A DNA stretch of 64,000 bases from an uncultured bacterium (GCA_905215855.1 CAJMRT010000003.1:12597-76596); one strand, 5' to 3'. Counted from the first letter of the stretch, positions 18,058 to 28,298 are shown. Notes: a model not told the origin generated them from the letters alone. Translations and numbers: made by a program.

Positions 18058-19305
18058 ATGAAAATTCTGCTTGTTAATAAATACCACTATGTAAAAGGCG
18101 GCAGTGAAACCTACTATTTCGGTCTTGCCGACCTTCTCACAAAGCTTGGTCACGAAGTAATTTACTTTTCAATGGCAGACATTAACAACAAACCATGTGA
18201 ACAGGAAAAATACTTTGTTTCAAATGTCGATTTTAATTCTAATATTTCCACGCTTCAGAAAGTAAAGGCAGGTTTTCGCGTTCTCTATTCTTTTGAGGCG
18301 AAAAAAAATATTTCTGCTCTCATTGAACAAGAACATCCTGATATTGTTCATATTAACCTTGTTCACCGTCACATCACCCTTTCGATTGTTCGAGCAATAA
18401 AAAAATACAACATACCAATAGTGTTCACAATTCACGACCTTAACTGTGTATGTCCCAACCACGAAATGCTTGTAAACGGCCATGTATGTGAAAAATGCCT
18501 GCACGGCAGATATTCAAATTGCATAAAAAATAAATGTGTAAAAGGTTCAACTGCAAAAAGTACTCTTGCGGCTATTGAGGCAACAAACTATAAACGAATG
18601 AAAATATATGACGACATAGACTTGTACATCACGCCGTCATATTTTTACAAAAAGAAGCTTGAAGAATCCGGTATTATCCACAGCGAAATTATCCATATAA
18701 AAAACTTTCTGCCTACCGATACTGTTTATTCCGACAATAATCCCGACAACGGTTATCTGTTATACTTTGGCAGAATTTCCGAGGAAAAGGGTGTGCTGAC
18801 GCTCGTTAAGGCTGTTGAGAAGCTCGAGAACAATATTCCGCTCATCATTCTCGGCACAGGTCCTATTGAAGATGAAATCAAGGAATATATAAAAGCACAT
18901 AACCTTGGAAACAGAATCAAAGCATTAGGCTTCAAGTCCGGTGACGAGCTTAAAAAGTATGTTGCAGAAGCGAAATGCGTCATTCTTCCCAGTGAGTGGT
19001 ACGAAAACGGGCCCTATACAATTATGGAAGCAATGTCACAGGGAAAACCTGTTATCGTAACAAATTACGGCGGACTTCCTGAAATTGTAGAAGATGGAAA
19101 AACAGGCTTTATCTGCTCACCGTTTGACAGTGATGACCTTAAAAACTCAATTAAAAAAGTCTGCTCGCTTTCTGATGCTGAATACAAAGCAATGAGCAGT
19201 TGTGCCGTTGAGAAAGCAAAAATCGAATTTTCTCCGGTAACCTATGCGCAGAAACTCACACAAAAATATAATGAGATTATAAATAATCACAAAAAGAAAG
19301 GCTGA
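18058..19305 (+). CDS. Glycosyltransferase family 4 (GT-B, 'group 1')
   Basis: N-terminal GT4-like domain (KILLVNKYHYVKGGSETY). C-terminal EX7E region (PSEWYENGPYTIMEAMSQGKPVI). Confidence 0.75.
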   Translation: MKILLVNKYHYVKGGSETYYFGLADLLTKLGHEVIYFSMADINNKPCEQEKYFVSNVDFNSNISTLQKVKAGFRVLYSFEAKKNISALIEQEHPDIVHINLVHRHITLSIVRAIKKYNIPIVFTIHDLNCVCPNHEMLVNGHVCEKCLHGRYSNCIKNKCVKGSTAKSTLAAIEATNYKRMKIYDDIDLYITPSYFYKKKLEESGIIHSEIIHIKNFLPTDTVYSDNNPDNGYLLYFGRISEEKGVLTLVKAVEKLENNIPLIILGTGPIEDEIKEYIKAHNLGNRIKALGFKSGDELKKYVAEAKCVILPSEWYENGPYTIMEAMSQGKPVIVTNYGGLPEIVEDGKTGFICSPFDSDDLKNSIKKVCSLSDAEYKAMSSCAVEKAKIEFSPVTYAQKLTQKYNEIINNHKKKG

Positions 19306-19309
19306 TACC

Positions 19310-19386
19310 ATGAAAAAACTTGGCCTTTGCGCTTGCTACAACCACAAAAACTACGGCAGCCAGCTTCAAAACTATGCTTTAAAATT
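19310..19386 (+). pseudogene. Out-of-frame remnant of a polysaccharide pyruvyl-transferase 5' end (MKKLGLCACYNHKNYGSQLQNYAL...)
   Basis: The first ~25 codons match the conserved N-terminus of the pyruvyl transferases at 19815 and 23275 (Y..NYGs.LQaYA). The frame then runs into a short unrelated tail and a different frame encodes the acetyltransferase. Confidence 0.4.
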
Positions 19387-19809
19387 ATGTTTGGAAAGAG
19401 ATTTTCTGTCGGCAAAAATACAACATTCCGCAAAAATTTTGGCATTTATCTTGAAAAAGGTGCGTCAATAAAGATAGGAAACGATTGTTTTTTCAATCGT
19501 GGTTGTTCCATTAACTGCCTCGAAAGTGTAGAAATCGGAGATCACACTATCTTTGGCGAAAATGTAAAAATCTATGATCAGAATCATAAATTCAGAGACA
19601 GAACAAAACTTATCCGTGAACAGGGATATTCAAAAAGTCGTGTAAAAATCGGCAGCAATTGCTGGATTTGCACAAACGCTGTAATACTCAAAGGTGTTGA
19701 AATCGGCGACAATTGCGTAATCGGTGCAGGCTGCATAATTTATCATGATATTCCTGCAAATTCCGTTGTCAAGAGCAACGGTGGAATTACTGTTGAAAGT
19801 TTAGGTTAA
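19387..19809 (+). CDS. Hexapeptide-repeat (left-handed beta-helix) O-acetyltransferase (WbbJ/Mac-like)
   Basis: Repeated [LIV]G-x4 hexapeptides (IGDHTIFGENVKIYD; IGSNCWICTNAVILKGVEIGDNCVIGAGCIIY). The start is re-placed at the internal Met (MFGKRF). Confidence 0.7.
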   Translation: MFGKRFSVGKNTTFRKNFGIYLEKGASIKIGNDCFFNRGCSINCLESVEIGDHTIFGENVKIYDQNHKFRDRTKLIREQGYSKSRVKIGSNCWICTNAVILKGVEIGDNCVIGAGCIIYHDIPANSVVKSNGGITVESLG

Positions 19810-19814
19810 TTATT

Positions 19815-20933
19815 ATGGACAAAAAGAAAACCGTTGCATATCTTACAAGACATGCAGTGTCAAACTACGGCTCTGTTCTTCAGGCATATGCCACCCAAAC
19901 CGCACTTGAAAAGCTTGGATGCAATGCAGTTTGCATTGACTATTACAGAACAGATGAAAAAACAGAAAACATTGTAGATACAAGACTCAAAAGCGTCAGT
20001 GCAAAGTGGAACAAAAATGCACTGACCCGCATTGTTTTTAAAGCCACACAAAAGCCTGTCTACAAGTTTGCCGACAAGCGTTTTAAGGAATACAGAAAGA
20101 TTGTCAAGGTAACAGACAGAGAGTTCAACAGCGAAGAAGAGCTTAAAAACGATATTCCAAAGGCTGATATATATATGACCGGCAGTGATCAGGTATGGAA
20201 CACTGTTGTCTGCGGTAAAATTGATCCGGTATATTTTCTGTCTTTTCTGCCAAAAGAGGCAAAAAAAATTGCATATGCCGCAAGTTTTGGCGGAGCAAGC
20301 GTTGCAGACAGTGATAAAGAAAATATAAAAAATTGGCTTGAACAATATGATGAAGTCACAATCCGTGAAAACAGCGGTGTAAAGATTGCGTCTGAACTCG
20401 GAATAAATGCAAAACAAGTGCTTGACCCCACCTTTTTACTTGATAAAAATGAATGGGAAAAGATTATTCCGAACCGCAGCTGTAATGAAAAATATGTGCT
20501 TGTTTATCAGCTTCACCCAAACAAGCAATTTGATACATATGCAAAAAAATTTGCAAAGAAAAAAGGCTTGAAACTTTACAGAATAAGCCACTGTTTCCAC
20601 CACTTTGTACGCAGCGGTAAATTTATTTGCTGTCCTTCAATCGGAGAATTTTTGTGGTACATAAAAAATGCAGAATATTTTCTTACCGATTCATTTCACG
20701 GCACAGCTTTTTCAATCGGCTTGAACACTCAATTTGTTGATGTGCTGCCTAAAAGTTACAGTGAAAGAATTTCAAGTATTCTTCAACTTATCGGCTATGA
20801 AAACCGCATATTAAAAAGCTACAGTAACTTTGATATTGCAAATGAAAAGATTGATTTTAACATTGTAAATGAAAAGATTTCGGAAGAAAGAGCAAAATCA
20901 TTTGCCATTTTGAAATCTATGATAGGTGATTAA
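19815..20933 (+). CDS. Polysaccharide pyruvyl transferase (CsaB/WcaK family)
   Basis: N-terminal VAYLTRHAVSNYGSVLQAYAT, ~370 aa, C-terminal DSFHG motif (LTDSFHGTAFSIG). Confidence 0.75.
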   Translation: MDKKKTVAYLTRHAVSNYGSVLQAYATQTALEKLGCNAVCIDYYRTDEKTENIVDTRLKSVSAKWNKNALTRIVFKATQKPVYKFADKRFKEYRKIVKVTDREFNSEEELKNDIPKADIYMTGSDQVWNTVVCGKIDPVYFLSFLPKEAKKIAYAASFGGASVADSDKENIKNWLEQYDEVTIRENSGVKIASELGINAKQVLDPTFLLDKNEWEKIIPNRSCNEKYVLVYQLHPNKQFDTYAKKFAKKKGLKLYRISHCFHHFVRSGKFICCPSIGEFLWYIKNAEYFLTDSFHGTAFSIGLNTQFVDVLPKSYSERISSILQLIGYENRILKSYSNFDIANEKIDFNIVNEKISEERAKSFAILKSMIGD

Positions 20934-20935
20934 CA

Positions 20936-22099
20936 GTGAACAATATAATGCAGCTCGGCAAAGGCTGTTGCGGCTGTTCCGGTTGCGAACAGATTTGTCC
21001 CAAAAATTGTATATCTATGCAAAAAGACAATGAGGGCTTTTTCTATCCCGTTGTTGACGAAGATGTGTGTGTTGATTGCGGTGCGTGTGTAAAGCACTGC
21101 CCAATGATTACAGATGCTCCGAGATGCAGCGAGCCAAAGGTCTATGCAGCAAAATACAAAGACCGTGAAAGTACATTCAAAAGTACATCCGGCGGACTTT
21201 TCATACCTATTGCAAAAAACATACTGTCTGACGGCGGAATAGTATTTGGATGTGCGTATGATGAAAACCTTGTTGCAAAGCATATTGCTGTAGAAAGCGA
21301 AAATGAGCTTTGCAGATTACAAAGTTCAAAATATGTTCAGAGCGATACAAGAGGAATTTACGAACAGGTAAAATCAGCACTCAAAAGCGGCAGACAGGTT
21401 CTTTTCAGCGGTACAGGCTGTCAGGTTGCGGGTCTTAAAACCTATCTTTCAAGAGATTATGATAATCTTCTGACCGTTGACATCGTGTGTCACGGCGTTC
21501 CGAGTCCCGAACTTTTTAAGAACTATATAGACTATATGGGCAAAAAGCTGGGCGGAAGTCTTACATCATACAATTTTAGAAGCAAGGAAAAGCGTGGCTG
21601 GGATTTGTATTACAAAGCAGATAACGGCAAAAAAAGCAAATCGGATTATGGCTTTTTCGACTCATACTACAGTGCCTTTTTGTACTGTAAAACCTACCGT
21701 GAAAGCTGTTATGAATGTAAATTTGCCAACAAAAACCGTGTTGGCGACATTACCCTTGCCGACTACTGGGGAATTCAGAAGGCTCACCCTGAATTTTATG
21801 ATGAGAACGGTGTTTCACTTGTTCTTGTCAACACCGAAAAGGGAAATAAATGCCTTACTAATATTAAAGATAAGCTTGACATAATTGAGTCTGACTATGA
21901 TAAAGCATCTGTTATGAATTCAAATCTTGTACATCCCTCAAAACGACCAAGTTGCAGGGATTCAATTTATGACGGTTTTGACTGCGGCAACTTTGAAACA
22001 TATGCAAAAACTAAGCTTGCTTTTAAAATAAATCCAAAAACCAAAATCAAAAAAATGATTCCTCTCGGAGTAAAAAGGTTTCTGAGAAAATTACGCTGA
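20936..22099 (+). CDS. Coenzyme F420 hydrogenase/dehydrogenase beta-subunit-like protein with an N-terminal 2x[4Fe-4S] ferredoxin domain
   Basis: CCGCSGCEQICP and CVDCGACVKHCP cluster motifs followed by an FrhB-type domain (ST/SGG, CHGVPSP). It pairs with the pyruvyl transferase. Confidence 0.7.
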   Translation: MNNIMQLGKGCCGCSGCEQICPKNCISMQKDNEGFFYPVVDEDVCVDCGACVKHCPMITDAPRCSEPKVYAAKYKDRESTFKSTSGGLFIPIAKNILSDGGIVFGCAYDENLVAKHIAVESENELCRLQSSKYVQSDTRGIYEQVKSALKSGRQVLFSGTGCQVAGLKTYLSRDYDNLLTVDIVCHGVPSPELFKNYIDYMGKKLGGSLTSYNFRSKEKRGWDLYYKADNGKKSKSDYGFFDSYYSAFLYCKTYRESCYECKFANKNRVGDITLADYWGIQKAHPEFYDENGVSLVLVNTEKGNKCLTNIKDKLDIIESDYDKASVMNSNLVHPSKRPSCRDSIYDGFDCGNFETYAKTKLAFKINPKTKIKKMIPLGVKRFLRKLR

Positions 22100-22119
22100 T
22101 AAAGGAAGGAAAACCGATA

Positions 22120-23256
22120 ATGAGGGTACTGCAAATTGCTGTTGGAATAAACGGCGGAGGTGTCGGCGCTGTATTATTAAACTACTACAGCCATATGGAT
22201 CATAATGATGTGAAATTTGATATTATTATCGACGACCTTCCATCGGTGAAAAACGGCAGCCTTAATGAAGCTGCCTTTAAGCAGATGGGCTGCAATATTT
22301 TCCGTGTCACACCAAAGTCCGTTAATCTGAAAGAGAATATCCGACAGGTAAGTGAAATAATGAAAAGCGGCAATTATGATGTGTTACATTCAAATATGGA
22401 AGAATGGTCGGCACTGTACTGCCGTCTGGCAAAAAGGCACGGTATAAACACACGCATTGCTCATGCACATCTTGCGTATGTAAACACACCGAGCCTGATT
22501 AAAAAAATGTATAACCGTGTTTTGAAAACAGGTTTAAAACATTACGCGACTGACTTTTTTGCTTGCAGTCGTGATGCGGGAAAATACCTTTTTGGAGATT
22601 CTATTCTTAAAAAAGATAATTTTAAAGTTCTTCCAAACGCAATAGAAACAAACAAATACATTTATAATTGCGAAACAAGGAACAGAATAAGAAAAGAATT
22701 CGGAATCAGCGATAATACATTTGTGGTAGGATTTGTCGGAAGATTATATTATCAAAAAAATCCCGAGCGTATGCTCAGAATTTTTAATGAAATCTGCAAA
22801 AAGCACAGTGATTCTCGACTTATTGTTGTCGGTGATTATAAATGCTATCCAAAATTTTCAGGACTTACGGATTATGCTGTCAAAAACGGCATTTACGATA
22901 AAATCACCTACACAGGTTTGCGTCAAGATGTTCCCGATGTTATGCAGGCATTTGATGCGTTTGTTCTCCCCTCTCGTTACGAAGGTTTCGGAATAGTGTA
23001 CATAGAGGCTCAGGCGGCAGGACTTATGACATTCGGAACGGCAAAGGTAGTTCCCGAAGAAGTCAACTGTACAAAACTTATGAACTTTATTGATTCAAAG
23101 AAAACTGACAAAGAATGGGCAGAAATTATTCTGAATAAAAGCTTAAACTATACAAGGGAAGATCTGTCAACTGAAATTCAGAATTGCGGTTTTGAAATTG
23201 CCATTGAAGCAAAAAAAATGCAGAAATTTTATATTGAAAAAGCAAACAGACAATAA
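22120..23256 (+). CDS. Glycosyltransferase family 4
   Basis: C-terminal GT-B domain with EX7E (PSRYEGFGIVYIEAQAAGLMTF). ~380 aa. Confidence 0.7.
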   Translation: MRVLQIAVGINGGGVGAVLLNYYSHMDHNDVKFDIIIDDLPSVKNGSLNEAAFKQMGCNIFRVTPKSVNLKENIRQVSEIMKSGNYDVLHSNMEEWSALYCRLAKRHGINTRIAHAHLAYVNTPSLIKKMYNRVLKTGLKHYATDFFACSRDAGKYLFGDSILKKDNFKVLPNAIETNKYIYNCETRNRIRKEFGISDNTFVVGFVGRLYYQKNPERMLRIFNEICKKHSDSRLIVVGDYKCYPKFSGLTDYAVKNGIYDKITYTGLRQDVPDVMQAFDAFVLPSRYEGFGIVYIEAQAAGLMTFGTAKVVPEEVNCTKLMNFIDSKKTDKEWAEIILNKSLNYTREDLSTEIQNCGFEIAIEAKKMQKFYIEKANRQ

Positions 23257-23274
23257 ATATCGGAGGCAGTATAA

Positions 23275-25620
23275 ATGATAGGTCTGGCAACTCCATACAA
23301 AACTCAAAATTACGGCACAAAATTGCAGGCCTATGCCATGCAGACAATTTTCTCTGAAATGGGATATGATACTGAAGTTATCAGTTATATGCATATTTCA
23401 AGCAAAAAAGATAAAATTCTAACTCTGCTTTCACCCAAAAAGCTCAGAGAAAAAGCCAAGTATAAGAAAGCAGCAAAGAATGCTGTCAGCAATGCCGCTT
23501 ATACAGAATGCGTTTCTCTCAGAAACAACAAGTTCAATGAATTTGTCAACAACAATCTGCGTACAACACGCAACTTTGTAAGTCTTGATTCATTGAAAGA
23601 ATATTCTAAAAGATACGATGCGGTTATATGCGGAAGCGATCAGATATGGCTGCCTGTACATATAAGGCAGAATTATTATACACTTTCATTTGTTCCCAAA
23701 GGAACACGGAAAATTGCCTATGCCCCAAGTTTTGGCATAAGCACTGTAGAAAATTCTGATAAAAAACTCTACCAAAATGCAATCAATAATTTTGACTTTC
23801 TCTCATGCAGAGAGGAAAGCGGCTGCAAACTCATACATAATCTTACCGGTCGTGATGCTCAGCTTGTTCTTGATCCTACCCTTATGGTAAGCAAAAAAAA
23901 TTGGGATAAGATGAGCGGTGACACACCAATCGTGAATGGAAAATATATATTCTGCTATTTTCTTGGACAGAACCCCGAACACAGAAAGGCTGTAAAGAAA
24001 CTTGCAGAACAGACCGGCTTTAAAATTGTTTGTCTTCCGTATATTGAAGGATATACGGAAAGTGATGATAATTATGCAAATATTTCATTGTGTGACATAG
24101 GACCCGACGGCTTTATCAATTTGATAAAAAATGCTCAGTTTGTATGTACGGATTCATTTCACGGCAGTGTTTTTTCAACTATATTTGAGCGTCAGTATTT
24201 TGTTTTTGAGCGTTTTGCAAGCGGAACGAAAGGCTCAACCAACACCCGCCTTGAATCACTTTTAAAAAGTCTTAAGCTTGAGTACAGACACATTAAAGGC
24301 AGTGATGTTTCACCGGATTGGGACAAAAAGATTGCTAAACCTATTGACTATAACAAAACCAATGCACTTCTTGCCAATCTTAAAAACGAGTCATTCAACT
24401 ACATTTTAAAAGTACTTGACGGAATCCCGCCCAAAAAAGCAAAACATATTGAATTATTTGATAAGTTTGATTGTTGCGGATGTTCTGCTTGTGCCGATAA
24501 ATGTCCTACAAACAGTATTTCTATGAAGCCTGATGAAGAAGGATTTTTATATCCTGAAATTGACAAATCGAAATGCGTTGAATGTTCGGCTTGCATTAAA
24601 TCCTGCCCGATAAAACAGTTTCGCAAAAGTGAAAATGATTTTACTGCTTTTGCTGCTAAAAGTAATGATAAAGAAATCAGACACGAAAGCACATCAGGCG
24701 GTGTATTTACCCACCTTGCAAAAGCAATCATATCAAATGGCGGTGTTGTTGTAGGAGCTGCATTTGACGAAAGTTTCAATGTGAAGCACATTGTCATTGA
24801 AAATGAGGAAGATATAAAAAAATTCCGCAGTTCAAAATATGTGCAAAGTAATACTCAGGGTATCTATAAAAAAGTAAAAGAGCTTCTTAGTACAGAAAAA
24901 ACTGTTATGTTTTCGGGAACGCCCTGCCAAATAAGGGCATTAAAAAGCTTTCTCGGCAAAGATTACGATAATCTTATATTGGTTGACCTTTTCTGCCACG
25001 GAGTACCTTCTCCAAAAATATGGCAAAAATATCTTGATTTTACAAATCCCCAAAAAGAAAAAATTCAATCTGTTTCATTCAGAGATAAACGAATCAGTTG
25101 GGAAGACTATTCACTGACCGTCAAATATGACGGAACTGAAAAAAGTACATTTTGGAAAGATGACAGCTATGCCCGTGGCTTTGGTTTTTCATTATTTAAC
25201 CGTCCGTCATGCAGCAAATGCCGTCTTAAATCATTCCCGAGAGTAAGCGACATTACTCTTGGCGACTTGTGGCTTATCGAACAGATTTTTCCCGATTTTG
25301 ATGACCACAAAGGAACTTCTTTTGTTATCCTAAACAGTGATAAAGGCTGTAAGCTGTTTGAAAAAATTAAGAGTGAAATTACCTCTAAAGAAATTCCCAA
25401 AGATAAACTTAATCTCACCTATCCTGTAATGGGTTCTCCCACAAAAGCCCATCAGAATCGAAGCAAGTTTTTTGAACAGCTTGATACCATTCCGTTTGAC
25501 GAACTTATAAAAAAATACGCAACAGTAGACCGAAAACGAGAATACAAAATAAAACGAAATGAAGTTCTTAATAAAATGGGAGTCCTTCCATTACTTAAAA
25601 AGATAAAAAGAAAATTATGA
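23275..25620 (+). CDS. Fusion protein: N-terminal polysaccharide pyruvyl transferase plus C-terminal 2x[4Fe-4S] / F420-hydrogenase-beta-like domain
   Basis: Residues 1-~390 match the pyruvyl transferase (TQNYGTKLQAYAM ... TDSFHGSVFS). Residues ~400-781 carry CCGCSACADKCP / CVECSACIKSCP and an FrhB-like region (CHGVPSP). This reproduces gene pair 19815+20936 as one polypeptide. Confidence 0.75.
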   Translation: MIGLATPYKTQNYGTKLQAYAMQTIFSEMGYDTEVISYMHISSKKDKILTLLSPKKLREKAKYKKAAKNAVSNAAYTECVSLRNNKFNEFVNNNLRTTRNFVSLDSLKEYSKRYDAVICGSDQIWLPVHIRQNYYTLSFVPKGTRKIAYAPSFGISTVENSDKKLYQNAINNFDFLSCREESGCKLIHNLTGRDAQLVLDPTLMVSKKNWDKMSGDTPIVNGKYIFCYFLGQNPEHRKAVKKLAEQTGFKIVCLPYIEGYTESDDNYANISLCDIGPDGFINLIKNAQFVCTDSFHGSVFSTIFERQYFVFERFASGTKGSTNTRLESLLKSLKLEYRHIKGSDVSPDWDKKIAKPIDYNKTNALLANLKNESFNYILKVLDGIPPKKAKHIELFDKFDCCGCSACADKCPTNSISMKPDEEGFLYPEIDKSKCVECSACIKSCPIKQFRKSENDFTAFAAKSNDKEIRHESTSGGVFTHLAKAIISNGGVVVGAAFDESFNVKHIVIENEEDIKKFRSSKYVQSNTQGIYKKVKELLSTEKTVMFSGTPCQIRALKSFLGKDYDNLILVDLFCHGVPSPKIWQKYLDFTNPQKEKIQSVSFRDKRISWEDYSLTVKYDGTEKSTFWKDDSYARGFGFSLFNRPSCSKCRLKSFPRVSDITLGDLWLIEQIFPDFDDHKGTSFVILNSDKGCKLFEKIKSEITSKEIPKDKLNLTYPVMGSPTKAHQNRSKFFEQLDTIPFDELIKKYATVDRKREYKIKRNEVLNKMGVLPLLKKIKRKL

Positions 25621-25633
25621 CGGGAGAGTACTG

Positions 25634-26875
25634 ATGAAAAAACTAATGAATCAAAACTGGTTTATCGCCATAGTATTTATGGTTCTGTATAAACCTGCAA
25701 TATTTTCACAAATGGCTCAATATCAGACATTTGATAAAATTTCAAATGTGCTGAAGGTACTCATCATTGCCGTCCTTCTGGTGTGGGTTTGCCTCTTTTA
25801 TCAAAAATTTTCAATGTACTTTGTAATATTTTTGTTTTTCGAAGTTTGGAGGATACTGGCAACGATTTATTGTGACGGAAACTATTCTTCCTTGTTTCTG
25901 ACAATATTCAATTCTCTTGCAATTGTATTAGTTGTTGAAATGGGACTAAAAACTGACCCTGATGCACTGCTTGACGGTGCGACCTTTGTTTTGGGAATAT
26001 TCGTGTTAATTAACTTTATCACTGTACTTTTGTTTCCGCAAGGAATGTATGAGTTTAACACATACACAACAAACTACTTCCTTGGTTATAGAAATAATTC
26101 GATTATGCTTATTTTTCCTGCAATGATTTTTTCGGTTGTTCGTTCCCTCAGATTATATGACAGATTGACTGTATCTTCTGTCCTGATTTGTGCCGCATCA
26201 ACTGCGACAGTAATACTTGCATTTTCCGCAACCAGCGTTATCGGAATTACAATATTTATTCTGTTCCTTTTTCTGGCTCTCCTCAACTGGATGCCGAAGT
26301 TTCTTAACATTGTCACATATATTGCAATAAATATTGCTTACTTTTTCGGAGTAATTATTCTGCGAGTTCAAGAAGCCTTTGCGTTTATTATTGTTGATAT
26401 GCTTGGAAGGGATTTAACCTTCACAGGCCGTACCAGCATATGGGACAGTGCGCTTGAAGCATTTTACAAATCTCCTATATTTGGTGTCGGTGAAATTGAT
26501 AATCAGGCATCAAGAGATTTAATAGGTGCTACACATGCTCATAACTATTACCTGAATCTTTTGTACAAAAGCGGAGTCCCCGGATTTTTGCTTTTCTTTA
26601 CCATCCTTATTATTTGTGGTATTGCCTTATACAAAAATCGCAAAAACGGCAAGATTCCGTTTGTTGTGTCAGGCGCTCTTTGCGCATTTATGGTTATGCT
26701 GCAAAGTGAGGCTTATTACAACATATATTATTTCTTTTCAATTCTCACATTATCAACATTCATATCATATGCTCTTCCCCAAAAAGATTCTGAGGGAAAT
26801 TTCATATATAAAAATAAAAAACAGATAAAATCCAAAAAAGTAACGATTAAATTTAAGGATGTGACTCATACTTGA
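25634..26875 (+). CDS. wzy: Wzy-type polysaccharide polymerase / O-antigen-ligase-family membrane protein
   Basis: ~10 TM segments with a large loop containing ...ATHAHNYYLNLLYKSGVPG, typical of the Wzy_C/O-antigen ligase domain. Confidence 0.6.
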   Translation: MKKLMNQNWFIAIVFMVLYKPAIFSQMAQYQTFDKISNVLKVLIIAVLLVWVCLFYQKFSMYFVIFLFFEVWRILATIYCDGNYSSLFLTIFNSLAIVLVVEMGLKTDPDALLDGATFVLGIFVLINFITVLLFPQGMYEFNTYTTNYFLGYRNNSIMLIFPAMIFSVVRSLRLYDRLTVSSVLICAASTATVILAFSATSVIGITIFILFLFLALLNWMPKFLNIVTYIAINIAYFFGVIILRVQEAFAFIIVDMLGRDLTFTGRTSIWDSALEAFYKSPIFGVGEIDNQASRDLIGATHAHNYYLNLLYKSGVPGFLLFFTILIICGIALYKNRKNGKIPFVVSGALCAFMVMLQSEAYYNIYYFFSILTLSTFISYALPQKDSEGNFIYKNKKQIKSKKVTIKFKDVTHT

Positions 26876-28272
26876 GCAATGCAAGTAAGGAAAACGGTAA
26901 AAATATAAAGGCGAGTGCTTTTTACTTGGTGGGCAACCTATTCAACAAAGCTCTTGCGTTTTTTACAATACCTATATTCACAAGAATTCTTACAACATCT
27001 GAATACGGAATTTCGCAAACCTATTTATCTTGGGTCAGCATATTAACTCTTATTGTCGGACTTTCGCTTGGCAACTCAATCCGTACAGCGTATGTTGATT
27101 TTCACGATGACATTGAAGGTTATATGTCATCAATTTACGGTCTATCATTACTCAGTTTTCTTGCTTCATCAGCTTTAATCATTACAGGGATGCTAATTTG
27201 GGGAGATATTGACATAATTCTCGTCATATGCTGTCTTGTGCAATCATATTTTCAGTTTGTTGCAACTGCTATGACAACAAAATATATGATGAAAGTTGAT
27301 TACATAAGAAAAACCCTTTTGCTGGCACTTCCAAATTTGACGATTCAGGTTATTGCAATATTCACCATTATGAATATGCACGGCGATAAAAAATACTTCG
27401 GATATATTATCCCATACGCCGCAATATATATGGTGGTCGGAATATATTTTGTAATTTCGTCATTTATCCGAGGAAAAAAGCCTGTAAACAAATTATATTG
27501 GAAATATGCACTCACATATTCCCTGCCACTTATATTCCACGGCCTTTCACTTGTTCTTCTGTCAAGTTCCGACAGAATTATGATTACAAACCTATATAAC
27601 TCATCTGAAACCGGAGTTTATAGTCTGATTTATAATTTAAGTATGGTTGCCATGGCAGTCACCGCATCTCTTGAGGCTGTGTGGGTCCCATGGTTCACCC
27701 GAAAACTTATGACAGGTGAGAAATCAACCATTAACAAAAACATCACAAAATACCTTGAAATTGCCCTTGTAGTCATGCTGTGCCTTATGTTTGTTGCTCC
27801 GGAAATAGTAAAAATTATGGCAACAGAACAATATTACAGTGGTATATATATGATTCCGCCGCTTGTATTTGCTTCCTACGAAATGTATATGTACACCGTA
27901 TATGTAAATGTAGAGTATTACTATAAATCAACAAAATACATTGCTTTTAACACCATTGTAGCTGCGGTTACAAACATTGTGCTTAATTTCATTTTTGTTC
28001 CTTTATACGGTGGAATGGCAGCCTGCTTTACTACAGTTGCTTCTTATATGGTTTCATTTATAATGCACTCAAGACACTCACGCAAGCTTGACAAAGAGCT
28101 GTTTCCCCTTAAACAATTTGCTGTTCCAACCTTAATTTTTATCCTTGCAATTATTCTTGCCTACCTTTTAATGGAACTTTGGATCGCACGCTGGATAATT
28201 GCAATTGTTGGATTTATCTGTTATGCAGCGTATGCACTCTTAACAAAGAGATTTTCAAACTTCCTAAAATAA
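26872..28272 (+). CDS. wzx: Wzx-type oligosaccharide flippase (MOP/PST family)
   Basis: ~12-14 TM. N-terminal KASAFYLVGNLFNKALAFFTIPIFTRIL pattern. The start appears to be TTG, overlapping the wzy stop. Confidence 0.7.
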   Translation: MSNASKENGKNIKASAFYLVGNLFNKALAFFTIPIFTRILTTSEYGISQTYLSWVSILTLIVGLSLGNSIRTAYVDFHDDIEGYMSSIYGLSLLSFLASSALIITGMLIWGDIDIILVICCLVQSYFQFVATAMTTKYMMKVDYIRKTLLLALPNLTIQVIAIFTIMNMHGDKKYFGYIIPYAAIYMVVGIYFVISSFIRGKKPVNKLYWKYALTYSLPLIFHGLSLVLLSSSDRIMITNLYNSSETGVYSLIYNLSMVAMAVTASLEAVWVPWFTRKLMTGEKSTINKNITKYLEIALVVMLCLMFVAPEIVKIMATEQYYSGIYMIPPLVFASYEMYMYTVYVNVEYYYKSTKYIAFNTIVAAVTNIVLNFIFVPLYGGMAACFTTVASYMVSFIMHSRHSRKLDKELFPLKQFAVPTLIFILAIILAYLLMELWIARWIIAIVGFICYAAYALLTKRFSNFLK

Positions 28273-28298
28273 CAATTATAATTTAATCTTTACACAAC

